Of a DNA stretch of 64,000 nucleotides, positions 10,541-21,600 are shown in pieces; position 1 is the stretch's first letter; each line of letters opens with the position of its first letter. The notes under the pieces are model-generated. The model was not told the origin of the DNA, made no database searches, and was given only the letters and a program-made list of their open reading frames with translations. The stretch spans positions 27,134-91,133 of the forward strand of contig JBMORA010000042.1 in NCBI GenBank assembly GCA_049320885.1, read 5' to 3'. The position numbers were made by a program, and so were the translations under genes. Origin of the DNA: Thermodesulfobacteriota bacterium. GTDB taxonomy: Bacteria > Desulfobacterota > Desulfobacteria > Desulfobacterales > SURF-7.

Positions 10541-11319
10541 CGGAAGGAAACAGCACGCATGAAGCGATGGACAACCGACGGTTGATCGGTGACGGCACAT
10601 TCCGCTTCGCCTGCCACAGCGGGGTGGCCTGTTACAGGAGATGCTGCCACAACGTGGACATGTATCTCTATCCCATCGACATCGTCCGCTTGAAAAATCG
10701 GCTTTCCATGACCTCAACGGCTTTTTTGTCCGGCCATACGATCACGGCTTTTCGGGAAAATCCCTATTTCCCCAATGTGATGATGAAAATGAGCGACCAA
10801 CCTGGAAAACCCTGCGCTTTCTTGTCGGAGGACGGCTGCACGGTATACGCAGACCGTCCCTATTCCTGCCGCGCCTACCCAGTTGAGCCGGCCTTTTTCG
10901 GCGATACGGATGACCGCTTCCAGATTGTCTGCTACCTGTCTCGCCACGACTACTGCCTTGGTCACCATCAGGAACAGGAATGGACCGCCCAGAAATGGAT
11001 GGACAACCAGCAGATGACCGACTACAACGAATTCAACGCCATGTGGGCGCAAATGGATTCCTTGTTTCGCACCAACCCCTTCGGTCCGGAAGGCATCAAC
11101 AGCCCGGCGCTGAAAATGGCCTTTATGGCCTGTTACGACATCGACGCACTCCGCCGTTTTGTTTTCGAAAGCAGCTTCCTGGCACGCTTCCATGTTGCGG
11201 AAAACCGCCTGGAAACGATCCGCCAAAGCGATATCGAACTGTTGCGCCTGGGCTTCGACTGGACCCGGTGTTTCCTCTTCGGCCAGGGACCGCTTCGCAA
11301 ACGGCGCAGGCCGGAATAA
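10537..11319 (+). CDS. YkgJ/FliB-like cysteine-cluster (Zn/Fe-chelating) protein
   Basis: FACHSGVACYRRCC ... PCAFLSEDGCTVYADRPYSCRAYP motif. Confidence 0.85.
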   Translation: MTEGNSTHEAMDNRRLIGDGTFRFACHSGVACYRRCCHNVDMYLYPIDIVRLKNRLSMTSTAFLSGHTITAFRENPYFPNVMMKMSDQPGKPCAFLSEDGCTVYADRPYSCRAYPVEPAFFGDTDDRFQIVCYLSRHDYCLGHHQEQEWTAQKWMDNQQMTDYNEFNAMWAQMDSLFRTNPFGPEGINSPALKMAFMACYDIDALRRFVFESSFLARFHVAENRLETIRQSDIELLRLGFDWTRCFLFGQGPLRKRRRPE

Positions 11320-11445
11320 TCAATGCATTGAAAATTACGTCATCCCTGAACACAAAAATTCCAACCGGTTTGCTTGGCGGTTGACCTGCAGGTGTTTTTC
11401 CATTATACAAAACCAAAACGAAATACCAGCCATTCGATTGAGGTC

Positions 11446-11709
11446 ATGAAAAAACACACCCATCATTTCGTAGATACTTACCAGGGGCTGGGCGCTTTTG
11501 GAATGGACCGGGGAACCGACGAGGAAACCATCATTTTCTACCTCCAGAAATTTTCCGACGACACCCTGATCAGCGCCCTTATCAAACGCATGTCGGATAC
11601 GGAACTGAATGAGATCTACATGCTGATCAACCGCATGCTGAAAGCCCACCTCTCCGAGACGGAATACCACCGGCTGTTTTTGAAAGACGGAACCCACGAC
11701 CATCCATAA
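11446..11709 (+). CDS. Small hypothetical cytoplasmic protein, 87 aa
   Basis: GAGG RBS before ATG 11446; helical composition; co-oriented and closely spaced with the aminopeptidase gene. Confidence 0.75.
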   Translation: MKKHTHHFVDTYQGLGAFGMDRGTDEETIIFYLQKFSDDTLISALIKRMSDTELNEIYMLINRMLKAHLSETEYHRLFLKDGTHDHP

Positions 11710-11722
11710 AAAAGGAAAATTC

Positions 11723-12922
11723 ATGCTCACGGAAAAACAACTCGACCGCTATGCCGATGTATTGCTGTGGGGCCTCGAAACCGCGCGCACCGGCGGCACC
11801 AAACCAAACGACCTGGTGCTGATCCGTTATGACCTGCCCGCCGTCCGCCTGGCGGAAATCCTTCAGGCGAAACTGTACCGGATGAAACGGAATGTGGTCT
11901 TGCGGGCGACCTATACGCCGGAAATGGAAAAAAACCTTTACACCCTCTGCGACGACACCCAGCTGACGTTCCGGATGCCGGGAGACGACGCCCTCTACAA
12001 GGCCCTGAACGGCAGTATTTTTTTGCATGCCCCCGCATCCATTACCCATTTAAGCGACGTGGACCCGAAAAGAATCGGCCGGGCAGCTATTGCCCGGAAA
12101 TATCTGAAGGACATCCTCGACCGACGCGATGAGGCCGGCGATTTCAGCTGGACCCTGTGCATCGTACCCACGGAAGCCCTGGCCGAGCATGCCGGTCTCG
12201 ATTCCGCTGCTTACACCCATCAGGTCGTCAAGGCCTGTTTCCTCGGCGCCAGTGACCCGCTGGAACGCTGGCGGGGAATCTACGACAAGGCCCAGACCAT
12301 CAAAAAATGGCTGAACAGCCTTGCCGTCAAGCATTTCCATATCGAATCCGCGGGCACGGACCTGGAAATCACACCCGGCGAAAATCGCCGCTGGATCGGG
12401 ATTTCGGGCCATAATATCCCGAGTTTCGAGCTGTTTCTTTCACCGGACTGGCGGGGGACACGGGGATACTATTATGCGGATCAGCCTTCATTTCGCAGCG
12501 GCAATTACGTGAAAGGGTTGCGGCTGGAATTCAAAAACGGCAGGGCCCTGCAAATCCGGGCCGAAGCCGGCGAAATATTCGCGCGCCGGCAACTGGAAAT
12601 GGACCCGGGCGCCAATCGCATAGGAGAGTTCTCCCTGACGGACAAGCGGTTTTCCCGAATCGACCGTTTCATGGCCAATACCCTCTACGACGAAAATTAC
12701 GGCGGCAAGTTCGGCAACTGCCATATCGCCCTGGGTTCTTCCTATTCCGATACCTTTGCCGGCAATCCCGCGACATTGACCAAAGGAATGAAAAAGAAGC
12801 TGGGATTCAATGATTCGGCCCTTCATTGGGACGTGGTCAACACAGAGAAGAAGCGGGTCAGCGCTCATCTGAAAACCGGTGAGACGCTGACGATATACGA
12901 AAACGGCCTCTTCTCCATTTGA
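11723..12922 (+). CDS. Aminopeptidase, M29 (AmpS/AmpT) family
   Basis: NIPSFELF, IGEFSL, LYDEN, HIALG and SALHWD metal-ligand motifs. Confidence 0.9.
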   Translation: MLTEKQLDRYADVLLWGLETARTGGTKPNDLVLIRYDLPAVRLAEILQAKLYRMKRNVVLRATYTPEMEKNLYTLCDDTQLTFRMPGDDALYKALNGSIFLHAPASITHLSDVDPKRIGRAAIARKYLKDILDRRDEAGDFSWTLCIVPTEALAEHAGLDSAAYTHQVVKACFLGASDPLERWRGIYDKAQTIKKWLNSLAVKHFHIESAGTDLEITPGENRRWIGISGHNIPSFELFLSPDWRGTRGYYYADQPSFRSGNYVKGLRLEFKNGRALQIRAEAGEIFARRQLEMDPGANRIGEFSLTDKRFSRIDRFMANTLYDENYGGKFGNCHIALGSSYSDTFAGNPATLTKGMKKKLGFNDSALHWDVVNTEKKRVSAHLKTGETLTIYENGLFSI

Positions 12923-12937
12923 TCGGCCGGGGGGCCG

Positions 12938-14149
12938 CTATGGCGGGGGAACGGACGCCCTGTAAAGAACCGCGCGGCCCCGGATGGAATAGGTGCTGAC
13001 AACGGCCGGGACAAACACCGCGGCGCCTTTTGACATGCCAAGCGGCGGTTTCCGGTCGTCTTCCCGTATCTCCGCCGCTCCCTCGATGCACAGCAGGATT
13101 TCAGCACTGCCCCCTGCTCCGCTCAAATACGGAAGTCCTTCGCGGACGGTAATCACCGAAAGGGAGAATTCCACTGACGGAGTGGGATAGATCTTCTCCG
13201 TTTCCGATACCCTTTCCGGCAGCAGCAATTCCAGGGGGTGTTCTCCGAAATGAAGCGTTTTCATCAGTTCCGGCACGTCGATATGCTTGGGAGTCAGTCC
13301 GCCGCGCAGGACATTATCGGAATTGGCCATGATTTCCATGGCCGTCCCCCGAAGATAGGCGTGCAATCGTCCCGCGGGGAGGAACAGGGCCTGCCCGGGC
13401 TGCAAACAAGTCAGGTTCAGCAGGAACGGCGCAAATACGCCCATATCATCCGGATACTTCTCGTGAAGCTTCAGCATCCATTCGTACGCCGGATTTCCGG
13501 ATGCCAGCTTTCCCGCCTTTTCCACGGCCCCGGCGATGGCCGGTCGTCGTTCCCCGGGGGTCATGGACAGCAGGCCCCGGCAGAATTCCCGCAGACCGGA
13601 TTCGCCCGGTTGTTGCTCCAGGCGACCGAGGCTTGCGTTGATTTCCGCCGCGGCAACCGGAACAAATAAGTCCAGGATTTCCGGTATGGGCCTGAATCCG
13701 CACAGAACCCAAAACGGCGTCAGGGCGCAGATACATTCCGGCTTGTGATGATCGTCCTTATAGTTACGATGGGGCGAATCCAGGGGGATTTCTTCCCGGT
13801 TCTCACGTTCAAAACCCAGCCGGGCCTGGACACGGTTGGGATGGGCCTGAATGGACAATGGTTGTTCCACGGCCAGGACCTTGAAGAGATAGGGCAATTG
13901 CTGTGAAAAGCGGGCGGCCGTCTCCGGTCCAAGGAAAGTGACCGGATCCCCGGCGATCAGTTCGTTCAATTTCCGGCGGCTGCCGTCCGGGAGAATCACC
14001 TCGGAAGGCGCTTTGGGATGGGCGCCCATCCAAAGTTCCGCCTGGGGTCCGGGCGAAGGGACCGGCCCGCCCAACAGCTCCGCCAGGGCGGTCCGCGAAC
14101 CCCAGGCATAGGGTTGGATCGGATTTTCCAGGAAAAGGATGCGCCGCAT
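12938..14149 (-). CDS. manA: Mannose-6-phosphate isomerase, class I
   Basis: QPYAWGS, AELWMGAHP, LSIQAHP, HKPE, LHAYL and EIMANSDNVLRGGLT; start taken at MRRILF. Confidence 0.93.
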   Translation of the reverse strand: MRRILFLENPIQPYAWGSRTALAELLGGPVPSPGPQAELWMGAHPKAPSEVILPDGSRRKLNELIAGDPVTFLGPETAARFSQQLPYLFKVLAVEQPLSIQAHPNRVQARLGFERENREEIPLDSPHRNYKDDHHKPECICALTPFWVLCGFRPIPEILDLFVPVAAAEINASLGRLEQQPGESGLREFCRGLLSMTPGERRPAIAGAVEKAGKLASGNPAYEWMLKLHEKYPDDMGVFAPFLLNLTCLQPGQALFLPAGRLHAYLRGTAMEIMANSDNVLRGGLTPKHIDVPELMKTLHFGEHPLELLLPERVSETEKIYPTPSVEFSLSVITVREGLPYLSGAGGSAEILLCIEGAAEIREDDRKPPLGMSKGAAVFVPAVVSTYSIRGRAVLYRASVPPP

Positions 14150-14431
14150 GAAATATCTTTTAGCCGGTTTTCTCGCCGTTGACAACCGGGAAACGACGGC
14201 CTTCCTTATCCGGCGGCTGGTGCTGGCCGGGTCTCATGGCGCCGGAAGTGCCGGTCGGCCTGACAATCAAATCTTCCTGAACCATTTCAGTTTGTTCAGC
14301 TGTAAAATGAGACTTGCTTTTTCCCTGAAAAAGAATATGGTACATCTTTACATTACCCATACGAGATGTTCCCGTATTACATATTTCTAAAATTTTTTTA
14401 AACTATATCAAACCATTAAAGGAGGCTACAC

Positions 14432-15766
14432 ATGAACGAAATGAGATCTCGCTGGATTGTCGCCCTGACCGGTGCCATCCTGCTGGCCGCCGGTTGCGCC
14501 GCCCAGCAAAAAACCAGTTTGCCGGATTTCACCGCCCAGCCCATCAATACGGCCAAATATGAACCCAAGGTGGACAATTTGCTGGTGGTGCTGGACGCCT
14601 CGTCCTCCATGGAAGACGGCTACCAGGGAAACATCAAGTATGAATGGGCCAAGGGCATTCTGAACCGTTTCAACGCCACCCTGCCCAAGGACATGAACCT
14701 TCAGACCGCCTTGACCACCTTCGGACATCGTACCCAGGTGAGTCATAAAACGGTTTTGAGCCAACAGGAGCTGGGTAAATACGATCAAAAGAAATTCCAG
14801 GAAGCTCTGGATAAGCTGCCGGCGGCGGGCGGCTCCAGCCCCATGAGCCAGTCCTTTTCCGGGATGAAACCCGTCAGCGGGAAGTCCGCCCTGCTGATCA
14901 TCAGCGACGGCGAAGTTCTGGCGCCCCAAGCCTTGGCGGCCTTGAAAAAAGTGACGGATGAATACAAAGACCGCTTGTGCGTATACACGGTTCAGGTCGG
15001 CGACTCCCCGGCCGGAAAGGCAACCCTGGAGCAGATGGTCAAAGACGGCGCCTGCGGCAAATCCGTCCAGGCCAAGGATATCGCCTCCGGAACCGCCATG
15101 AACAGCTTTGCCACCACCGTCCTGTTCGATGAGCTGAAGGACAGCGACGGCGACGGCGTGGTGGACGAGGAAGACCGCTGCCCGAACACCCCCAAGGGAG
15201 TGAAAGTCGATTCCGTGGGCTGCCCCCTGGACAGCGACGGTGACGGTGTTTACGACTACCTGGATCAATGCCCGGATACCCCCCGCGGCATGAAAGTCGA
15301 TTCCGTGGGCTGCCCCCTGGACAGCGACGGTGACGGCGTGATCGATGAAAAGGACAAATGCCCCGGCACGCCCAAGGGTGTCGTGGTCGACAAGAATGGT
15401 TGTCCCATTGCCACGCTCACGGCAAAGGGGACCTATATCGTCAAGGGCATTCAGTTCGATTCGGCCAAATGGTCTTTCAAACCCTCATCCTATGAAGTGA
15501 TGGATCAGATCGTTACGGTTTTTGAAACCCATCCCGATGTGAAGTTTGAAATTCAGGGTCACACGGACAATCGCGGCAGCGCCGCTTACAATCTGAATCT
15601 TTCGGAAAAACGCGCCAATGCGGTAAAGGAATACCTGATCGGCAAAGGCGTGCCAGCCGACAGAATCACGGCGAAAGGATACGGGCTCACCATGCCGGTT
15701 GCATCCAACGATACGGAAGACGGCCGGGCCGCCAATCGCAGGGTGGAATTCAAACCCATCAAATAA
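14432..15766 (+). CDS. OmpA-family lipoprotein with a vWA domain and thrombospondin type 3-like Ca-binding repeats
   Basis: Lipobox LAAGC; MIDAS-like DASSS and LIISDG; three DSDGDGV.D..D.CP.TP repeats; OmpA C-domain (IQGHTD, LSEKRA, NRRVE). Confidence 0.9.
   Translation: MNEMRSRWIVALTGAILLAAGCAAQQKTSLPDFTAQPINTAKYEPKVDNLLVVLDASSSMEDGYQGNIKYEWAKGILNRFNATLPKDMNLQTALTTFGHRTQVSHKTVLSQQELGKYDQKKFQEALDKLPAAGGSSPMSQSFSGMKPVSGKSALLIISDGEVLAPQALAALKKVTDEYKDRLCVYTVQVGDSPAGKATLEQMVKDGACGKSVQAKDIASGTAMNSFATTVLFDELKDSDGDGVVDEEDRCPNTPKGVKVDSVGCPLDSDGDGVYDYLDQCPDTPRGMKVDSVGCPLDSDGDGVIDEKDKCPGTPKGVVVDKNGCPIATLTAKGTYIVKGIQFDSAKWSFKPSSYEVMDQIVTVFETHPDVKFEIQGHTDNRGSAAYNLNLSEKRANAVKEYLIGKGVPADRITAKGYGLTMPVASNDTEDGRAANRRVEFKPIK
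15201..15336 (+). repeat. 46-bp exact direct repeat with 90-bp period, encoding TSP3-like repeats
   Basis: TGAAAGTCGATTCCGTGGGCTGCCCCCTGGACAGCGACGGTGACGG at 15201-15246 and 15291-15336. Confidence 0.9.
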
Positions 15767-15787
15767 TTCCCGCTCGGTAAAACACAG

Positions 15788-15831
15788 GGGCCGCATTCAG
15801 GGTGTAACCGCATCCTGAATGCGGCCCTTTT
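15788..15831 (+). terminator. Intrinsic terminator after the OmpA gene
   Basis: GGGCCGCATTCAGG...CCTGAATGCGGCCC stem followed by TTTT. Confidence 0.8.
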
Positions 15832-16046
15832 CATCGTCGCCGCATAAACCCATCCAATCCGATAGCGATCAACGCATCGTCGCTGCCCGACTTTTCTGTA
15901 ACTTTACATCAGACGCCGGATATGATAGCGTAAAAATCGACGCTACCGGCTGTAGAATCCAACAGCACCAGACCGTTTCATTCCCGTGAAAAATCGACCC
16001 AATCGGTTTTATTGGCCGCATGATTCAAACACATGGCGGAGTCGAC

Positions 16047-17552
16047 ATGCAATTCGATTATCTCACCAGCAAATGCAACTGGTTCTGCCTGACAGCCCTC
16101 CTGCTCTGCCTGTCGCCGACCGCCGTTCCGCATGCCGGGGAAATGGGGGCGGCCTACTATGATTTCGGCGTCTTCGCTTTCGAGGAGAACGATTTTTCGG
16201 ATGCAGAGCGGAATTTTCAAAAAGCCCTGGCTGCCGATCCCCGGAATGTCAGCTACCGGTATTATCTGGGCAAAACCTATCTGAAAATGAAACGGTATGA
16301 AAAAGCCGAAGCCATACTGAATGAAGTCTTTCGGGAAAATGCTGACCTGAAAGGGCTGAAATACGATTTGGCCATGGCCAATTTTCATCTCGGCGATCTG
16401 GCCGAGGCCAGTTTTCTGCTTTCCATCGTCGTTGCGGAAAATCCCGCCGACGTTCTCGCGACGTATCATCTCGCCGTTTGTCAGTACAAACGGAAACGCT
16501 ATCGGGACGCCCTGGAATACTTCAACCGCGCGGCTGAAAAAAACCCCGGCATCGGACCGAACTGCTCCCTGTATGCCGGAATCTGTCATTACCGGCTGGG
16601 AGAACTGGAACAGGCTGTCCGGGAATTCGATGCCGCCGCGGTCCATGAAAAACCGGAAGAAATCCGGCAACAGGCGCGTCAATGGCGCAACGCCGTTCAG
16701 GCGGATATCAACGCCCAAAGGCCCTACCGGCTGTTCTGCAAGCTCGGGGGGCTGTATGACGATAATGTGTCGCTGCAACCCGTCGATGGGGATCTGGCTA
16801 CCAATGAAGAGGACTGGGGACTCATCGGTTTTCTGTCCGGCAGCTATCGTCTGCTGGGTGACAACCGCAACGGTCTTGGAATGGGATATCGGCATTATCA
16901 GATCGCCTACCGGGAATTGTCCGACTATAACCTCATTTCCTCGGCCCCGCATCTGTTCGCTTCCGTTTCCTGGGAACGCCTGGCTTTCATCCTTTCCTAT
17001 CAACCGACATTCTTCTGGGTGGGTTCGGACGAATACCTGCTCCGCCATCACGGCCGACAGGAAATCGCCTGGACAATGACGCCCCGTATCACCAGTCGTT
17101 TCGCCTTCAACTATTACGGAAACAATTACCTGATCAATTCCGGCAGAAGCGGGCGGACTCTGGGAGTGGAGGCCGAACTCCGCTATCGTTTCGGCAATGA
17201 CGCTCCGGCGGTTTTCGGCGGGTTTTCCTGCGAGGAAAATGACACCACCCATCCGGATTACGCCTACAAGCTGGGGGAAGCGCGGCTGGGCGCTTCCATG
17301 CCGATGCCCCTGGGCTTGCTGGTCACGGCAGGCGGACGATTTGCCCGTAAGCGATATGAGCATGTGGACTCGGTATATGGTGACAGAAGGGAGGACGACA
17401 AATACGCCATCGAACTGACGGTTGGACGGAATCTATACCGCGATTGGCTGGGAGCGGAGTGCTCCTATTACTTCACCCATAACGACTCCGACATCGAACC
17501 GTATGATTACCGGTCCAATGTAATCCATCTGACGGTTGTTGCGAATTTCTAG
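16047..17552 (+). CDS. TPR-repeat protein with a C-terminal outer-membrane beta-barrel (Slam/DUF560-like)
   Basis: Signal peptide, several TPR helix pairs, amphipathic strands starting at GGLYDDNV, terminal Phe; alternative start at 16020. Confidence 0.75.
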   Translation: MQFDYLTSKCNWFCLTALLLCLSPTAVPHAGEMGAAYYDFGVFAFEENDFSDAERNFQKALAADPRNVSYRYYLGKTYLKMKRYEKAEAILNEVFRENADLKGLKYDLAMANFHLGDLAEASFLLSIVVAENPADVLATYHLAVCQYKRKRYRDALEYFNRAAEKNPGIGPNCSLYAGICHYRLGELEQAVREFDAAAVHEKPEEIRQQARQWRNAVQADINAQRPYRLFCKLGGLYDDNVSLQPVDGDLATNEEDWGLIGFLSGSYRLLGDNRNGLGMGYRHYQIAYRELSDYNLISSAPHLFASVSWERLAFILSYQPTFFWVGSDEYLLRHHGRQEIAWTMTPRITSRFAFNYYGNNYLINSGRSGRTLGVEAELRYRFGNDAPAVFGGFSCEENDTTHPDYAYKLGEARLGASMPMPLGLLVTAGGRFARKRYEHVDSVYGDRREDDKYAIELTVGRNLYRDWLGAECSYYFTHNDSDIEPYDYRSNVIHLTVVANF

Positions 17553-17570
17553 ACAAGGCAGGGCCTCACC

Positions 17571-18623
17571 ATGCGCGTGGTAAAAATTTCAGCAGTCGTT
17601 GCCATCTGTGCAGTGCTTCTGACAGGACTGGATCGGGTCGCGGCTTCCGCTCCACCCCCGGATTTGCCGGTGGAAGATATTTTCGCTCCGGGATTCGGCG
17701 AACCTGTCGGAAACGTGCTCCTGGTGCAGGGGAAGGTCTATATCGTTCATGGGGGGATGAAGGCGGCCTATTCCATTTCAAAGCCGGTGCCGGTTTTCAA
17801 GGGCGATACCATCTATACGGACACTGGGGGGCGCATCCGCTTCCGCCTGAATGACGGCAGCATCATCGCCCTCTCCGCCGACACGGAATTGACCTTGACC
17901 AGAAGCATATACAACCCGGAACGGCGGGAACGCTCTTCCTTCCTGAAAATGATGGTTGGTCGGGCGAGATTTTACGTCATGAAACTGATGACCTATCGCG
18001 AGAACGCCTTCAAGGTGAAAACCAACACCTTTGTGGCCGGTGTGCGCGGGTCGGATTTCATCATCACCGCCACATCCGCTTCCGCCTCCGTCACGGCGCT
18101 GGAGGACACCACCCTTGAAATCGTCAGTCTGTCGGCCCCCGAAGCCGCCCCTGTGGTGTTGACCGATTTCCTCCGGACATCCGTTGACCTGGGAGCACTT
18201 CCCGGCCTCCCGGAAAAACTGGAAATAGAGGAAATCGAGGCTTTGAAGGAAGGGTTGTCACTGGATGGACATGTTTCCCGGGAGCCGGCCTCCGGAGTGA
18301 ATAAACCGGAAAAGGGCGTTTCCCCGTCCGGCGAACAAGCCGGCAACAAAACTGAAAAAACTGGAACCGCCGGCGGGGATGAAACCATTCCGGCGGCCCG
18401 GGAGGCCGCCGTAGTGATCCCGCCGGAAGACCTGCTCGTTCCCGAAGGTGTGCAGAACGGCCTGCCTCCGGAGGAACTTCCGGCTACCGAACCGGACAGA
18501 AGGGCTCTGACCGGCGACATGGATGAGGTCGAGGGTGAAATCAAGACGATCATGGCCGATAAGCGCGAGGACGATTCCGGCCGGCTTGCCGAACTCCCCC
18601 CCATGCCGGAGCCACCCCGGTGA
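17571..18623 (+). CDS. Exported FecR-domain protein with acidic/Pro-rich tail
   Basis: Signal peptide; GDTIYT...RFRLNDGSIIAL...FKVKTNTFVAGVRGSDF pattern. Confidence 0.85.
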   Translation: MRVVKISAVVAICAVLLTGLDRVAASAPPPDLPVEDIFAPGFGEPVGNVLLVQGKVYIVHGGMKAAYSISKPVPVFKGDTIYTDTGGRIRFRLNDGSIIALSADTELTLTRSIYNPERRERSSFLKMMVGRARFYVMKLMTYRENAFKVKTNTFVAGVRGSDFIITATSASASVTALEDTTLEIVSLSAPEAAPVVLTDFLRTSVDLGALPGLPEKLEIEEIEALKEGLSLDGHVSREPASGVNKPEKGVSPSGEQAGNKTEKTGTAGGDETIPAAREAAVVIPPEDLLVPEGVQNGLPPEELPATEPDRRALTGDMDEVEGEIKTIMADKREDDSGRLAELPPMPEPPR

Positions 18624-18676
18624 CAACCGGTGTAGAACAAAAGAGCAGGAAACCGACAAATCATCATGAGGACCCA

Positions 18677-21600
18677 ATGATCTCGATATCATTTCGTCAG
18701 ATAGGGGCCGTCATCATCCCGGCGATCTTCTGCCTGGCCGCGGTGACGGGGATCCCCGCGGCCCGGGCAGCCGATTATTATGTGAACATCACCAGCGGAA
18801 CAGATTCCTCCGGCGGCGGCTCCGCCGCCGCTCCCTGGAAAACCCTGCATTATGCCGTTCCCAGACTGACATCTTCGGACATCCTGCACGTGGCCTCCGG
18901 GTTCTACACCATCGCCAACGGCGAGACCGACGGGCCCATCGAAATCACCGCCGGCAATGTCACCATCCAGGCCGATGGCCCGGGAGTGGTGATCGAGGGC
19001 GACGGCGCCGCCTACTGGGTGGAAGGGTTGACTGTCAGCGGGGCCGCCAATGTCCGCATAACCGGATTGAATTTTCTGAATTTCGCCAATGCCGCCGCTT
19101 CTTTCCAGCACCTGACAGGGATGTGCATCCTATCCGACTGTACCTTGAAAGGCAATGCCACCGGCATCCAGGTGACCAATTCAAGTCCCGTCATCACCCG
19201 CAACCGACTTTTCGACAACGGCTACAGCATTTACATCATCGCGGATTCACCCACGGGACCGGCCTCACCCGAGATTTCGAACAACCTCATCGCTTCCCGG
19301 GCAGGCGGCATGCAGTACGGCATTAAAATCGAAGCGACCGTCACCGATGCCGTGGCCTCCCCCCTCATCTATCACAACACCATCGACGGCGCCTCCGCCG
19401 ACGGTATGTATATTTACAATGGGTTGGGAGCGACGGCGGAGGCGGTGACCCCCGACATCCGCTTCAACATCGTCACCAATTGTTCCCAATTCGGCATCAA
19501 CAACATTGAAGGGACCCCCTCCCAATTCGATTACAACGATGTCTGGAACAACAGCGGCGGCAATTACACGGGCATCACCGCCGGGACCAGCGATATCTCG
19601 GACAATCCTCTCTATCTGCCGCATGGCGACCAATACTACCTTCAATCCACCTCGCCCTGCATCAACAGGATCCCCATTGCCGGTCACCCGGTAAGCGCCG
19701 ATCTCCGCGGGAAAGCAAGGCCCCAGGGCTCCCTGATTGACCTGGGATGCTTCGAAATCGTCGAACCGTTCATTCTGCCGGGCGTCTATTATGTGGATGT
19801 CGTCAACGGCCGCAACGAACCGTCCGCAGGGACCGCACCCGGAACCGGCGCGTTCCGTAACCTGCATTTTGCCCTGGACCGCATCAATTACGGGGATCCG
19901 GGCGCTTTCACCCTGGAAGTGGCCCCCGGAATATACGGCATCGCCGGCGGGGAGGAAGACGCCGGTCTGGAGGTGATCACCGGCAGCCTGATCATCAAGG
20001 GGACGCCCTCCCTGGGAGCCGTGGTCGACGGCAGCGGCGCCCTTCAGTGGACAAGCGGTATGACGCTGAAGACTTCGGGCATCGGAATCTCCGGACTGCG
20101 GTTCCAACATTTCAGCAGGGCCGGAATAACGGTGGATAACTGCGGCCCCTCCATCCACCACAATGATTTCCTCAACAACCATACCGGCATCCTGGTGGAC
20201 AGTTATTCGGCCGAATCCGCCCCATCCGTCATCAACAACCTGCTCCGGGGAGATACCGCAAGCGGAATGAACAACGGCATTGTCCTGTATGCGGCCGGTT
20301 CGTCGGCATCGGCCGGCGGCTCCATCTATTTCAATACCATCAACGGCGGGGCCGGAAGCGGCATCTTCATCGGCAACAACGGCGGGAGCGCCGCCCCTGA
20401 AATTAAATACAATATAATCTCTAATTTCGGAAAATACGGGATTCAAAATACCAACGGCGGCCCGATCCTTTCTTATAACAATCTGTTCAACAACCTGGCT
20501 GCCGATTATCTGGATGTGCCCCCGGGAGAAATGGATATTTCTGCATCCCCGGCCTTCATAAGCGCAACCGACTTTCACCTGCAGGTCGGCTCGGCCTGCA
20601 TCGATCGCATACCGGCTGACAGCGTTTTCCCGTCGGATCTGCTCTCCGTCATCGGCTATGACCTGGACGGGAACCCCCGTCCGATGCCCTCTGGCGGCAG
20701 TTACGACCTGGGCGCCTATGAGCAGGCGGGTTCCGCCCTGACCATCGGTCTGGCCGTTTACCCCGAAGGCGCCGGTAGTGTCGTCGACAATCTGTCACAA
20801 ATCGACTGCCCCGGAGACTGCACCGGTTCCTACTCTTCATCGGACACCATCATCCTTCAGGCGACGGCCAATGCCGGCTTCCGTTTCGACCATTGGGAAA
20901 TCGGCGCCGAGTTCCATACCGAGAATCCGGTGTCCTTCACGCCCCATGCAAGTCAGACCGGCAAAGCGGTTTTCGCGGCCCTTACCAATCAGCCGCCGAT
21001 CGCACCCGCCGGAATCAGTCCCCGGGACGGCGCATCTTTTGACGGTGCAACGACACAGGTAGCTCTCCTTTCCAGTGTTTACGCCGATCCGGAAAACGAC
21101 GGCCACGCAAACACCCACTGGCTGGTACGCCGTCAGGACCGTGGTGTTTATTATTGCGACGATTACGATGTTTCCTTCACCCGGACAGCCTCCGCGGAGC
21201 CGGAGCTTACTTCCCACGAAGTCAGCGGGCTAGAGTCCGGCATGCAGTATGTCTGGAAGGTGGGGTATCAGGACACCGGCAGCGGACAGATCGCCTGGTC
21301 ACCGGAATATGTCTTCACCATCGGCGATCCGAGCGTGGACCGGGAAGTCAATTCCCCCGGGGGGGCCCTGCCGCAGGATTATCGGATGGTTTCCTTTCCG
21401 GTCTGGCCTTCTCATGCGGACTGTTCCACCGCTTTCCGCGACAGCTTCCCGGACGGGCTGTACGACCCCCGGACCATCCGCCTGGGGATCTACGATCCGC
21501 TTCAGAGTCGGTATCTGGAATGCCCCGACAACCTGGTGGTGACACCCGGAAAAGCCTACTGGCTCATATCCCGGGAAGGGCTGGACATGACCCTGCACGG

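Noticed and set aside
15201..15336. 46-bp direct repeats with a 44-bp gap, resembling a mini CRISPR
   Set aside because: Only two copies, in frame within the OmpA gene encoding TSP3-like repeats, and no cas genes in the window.
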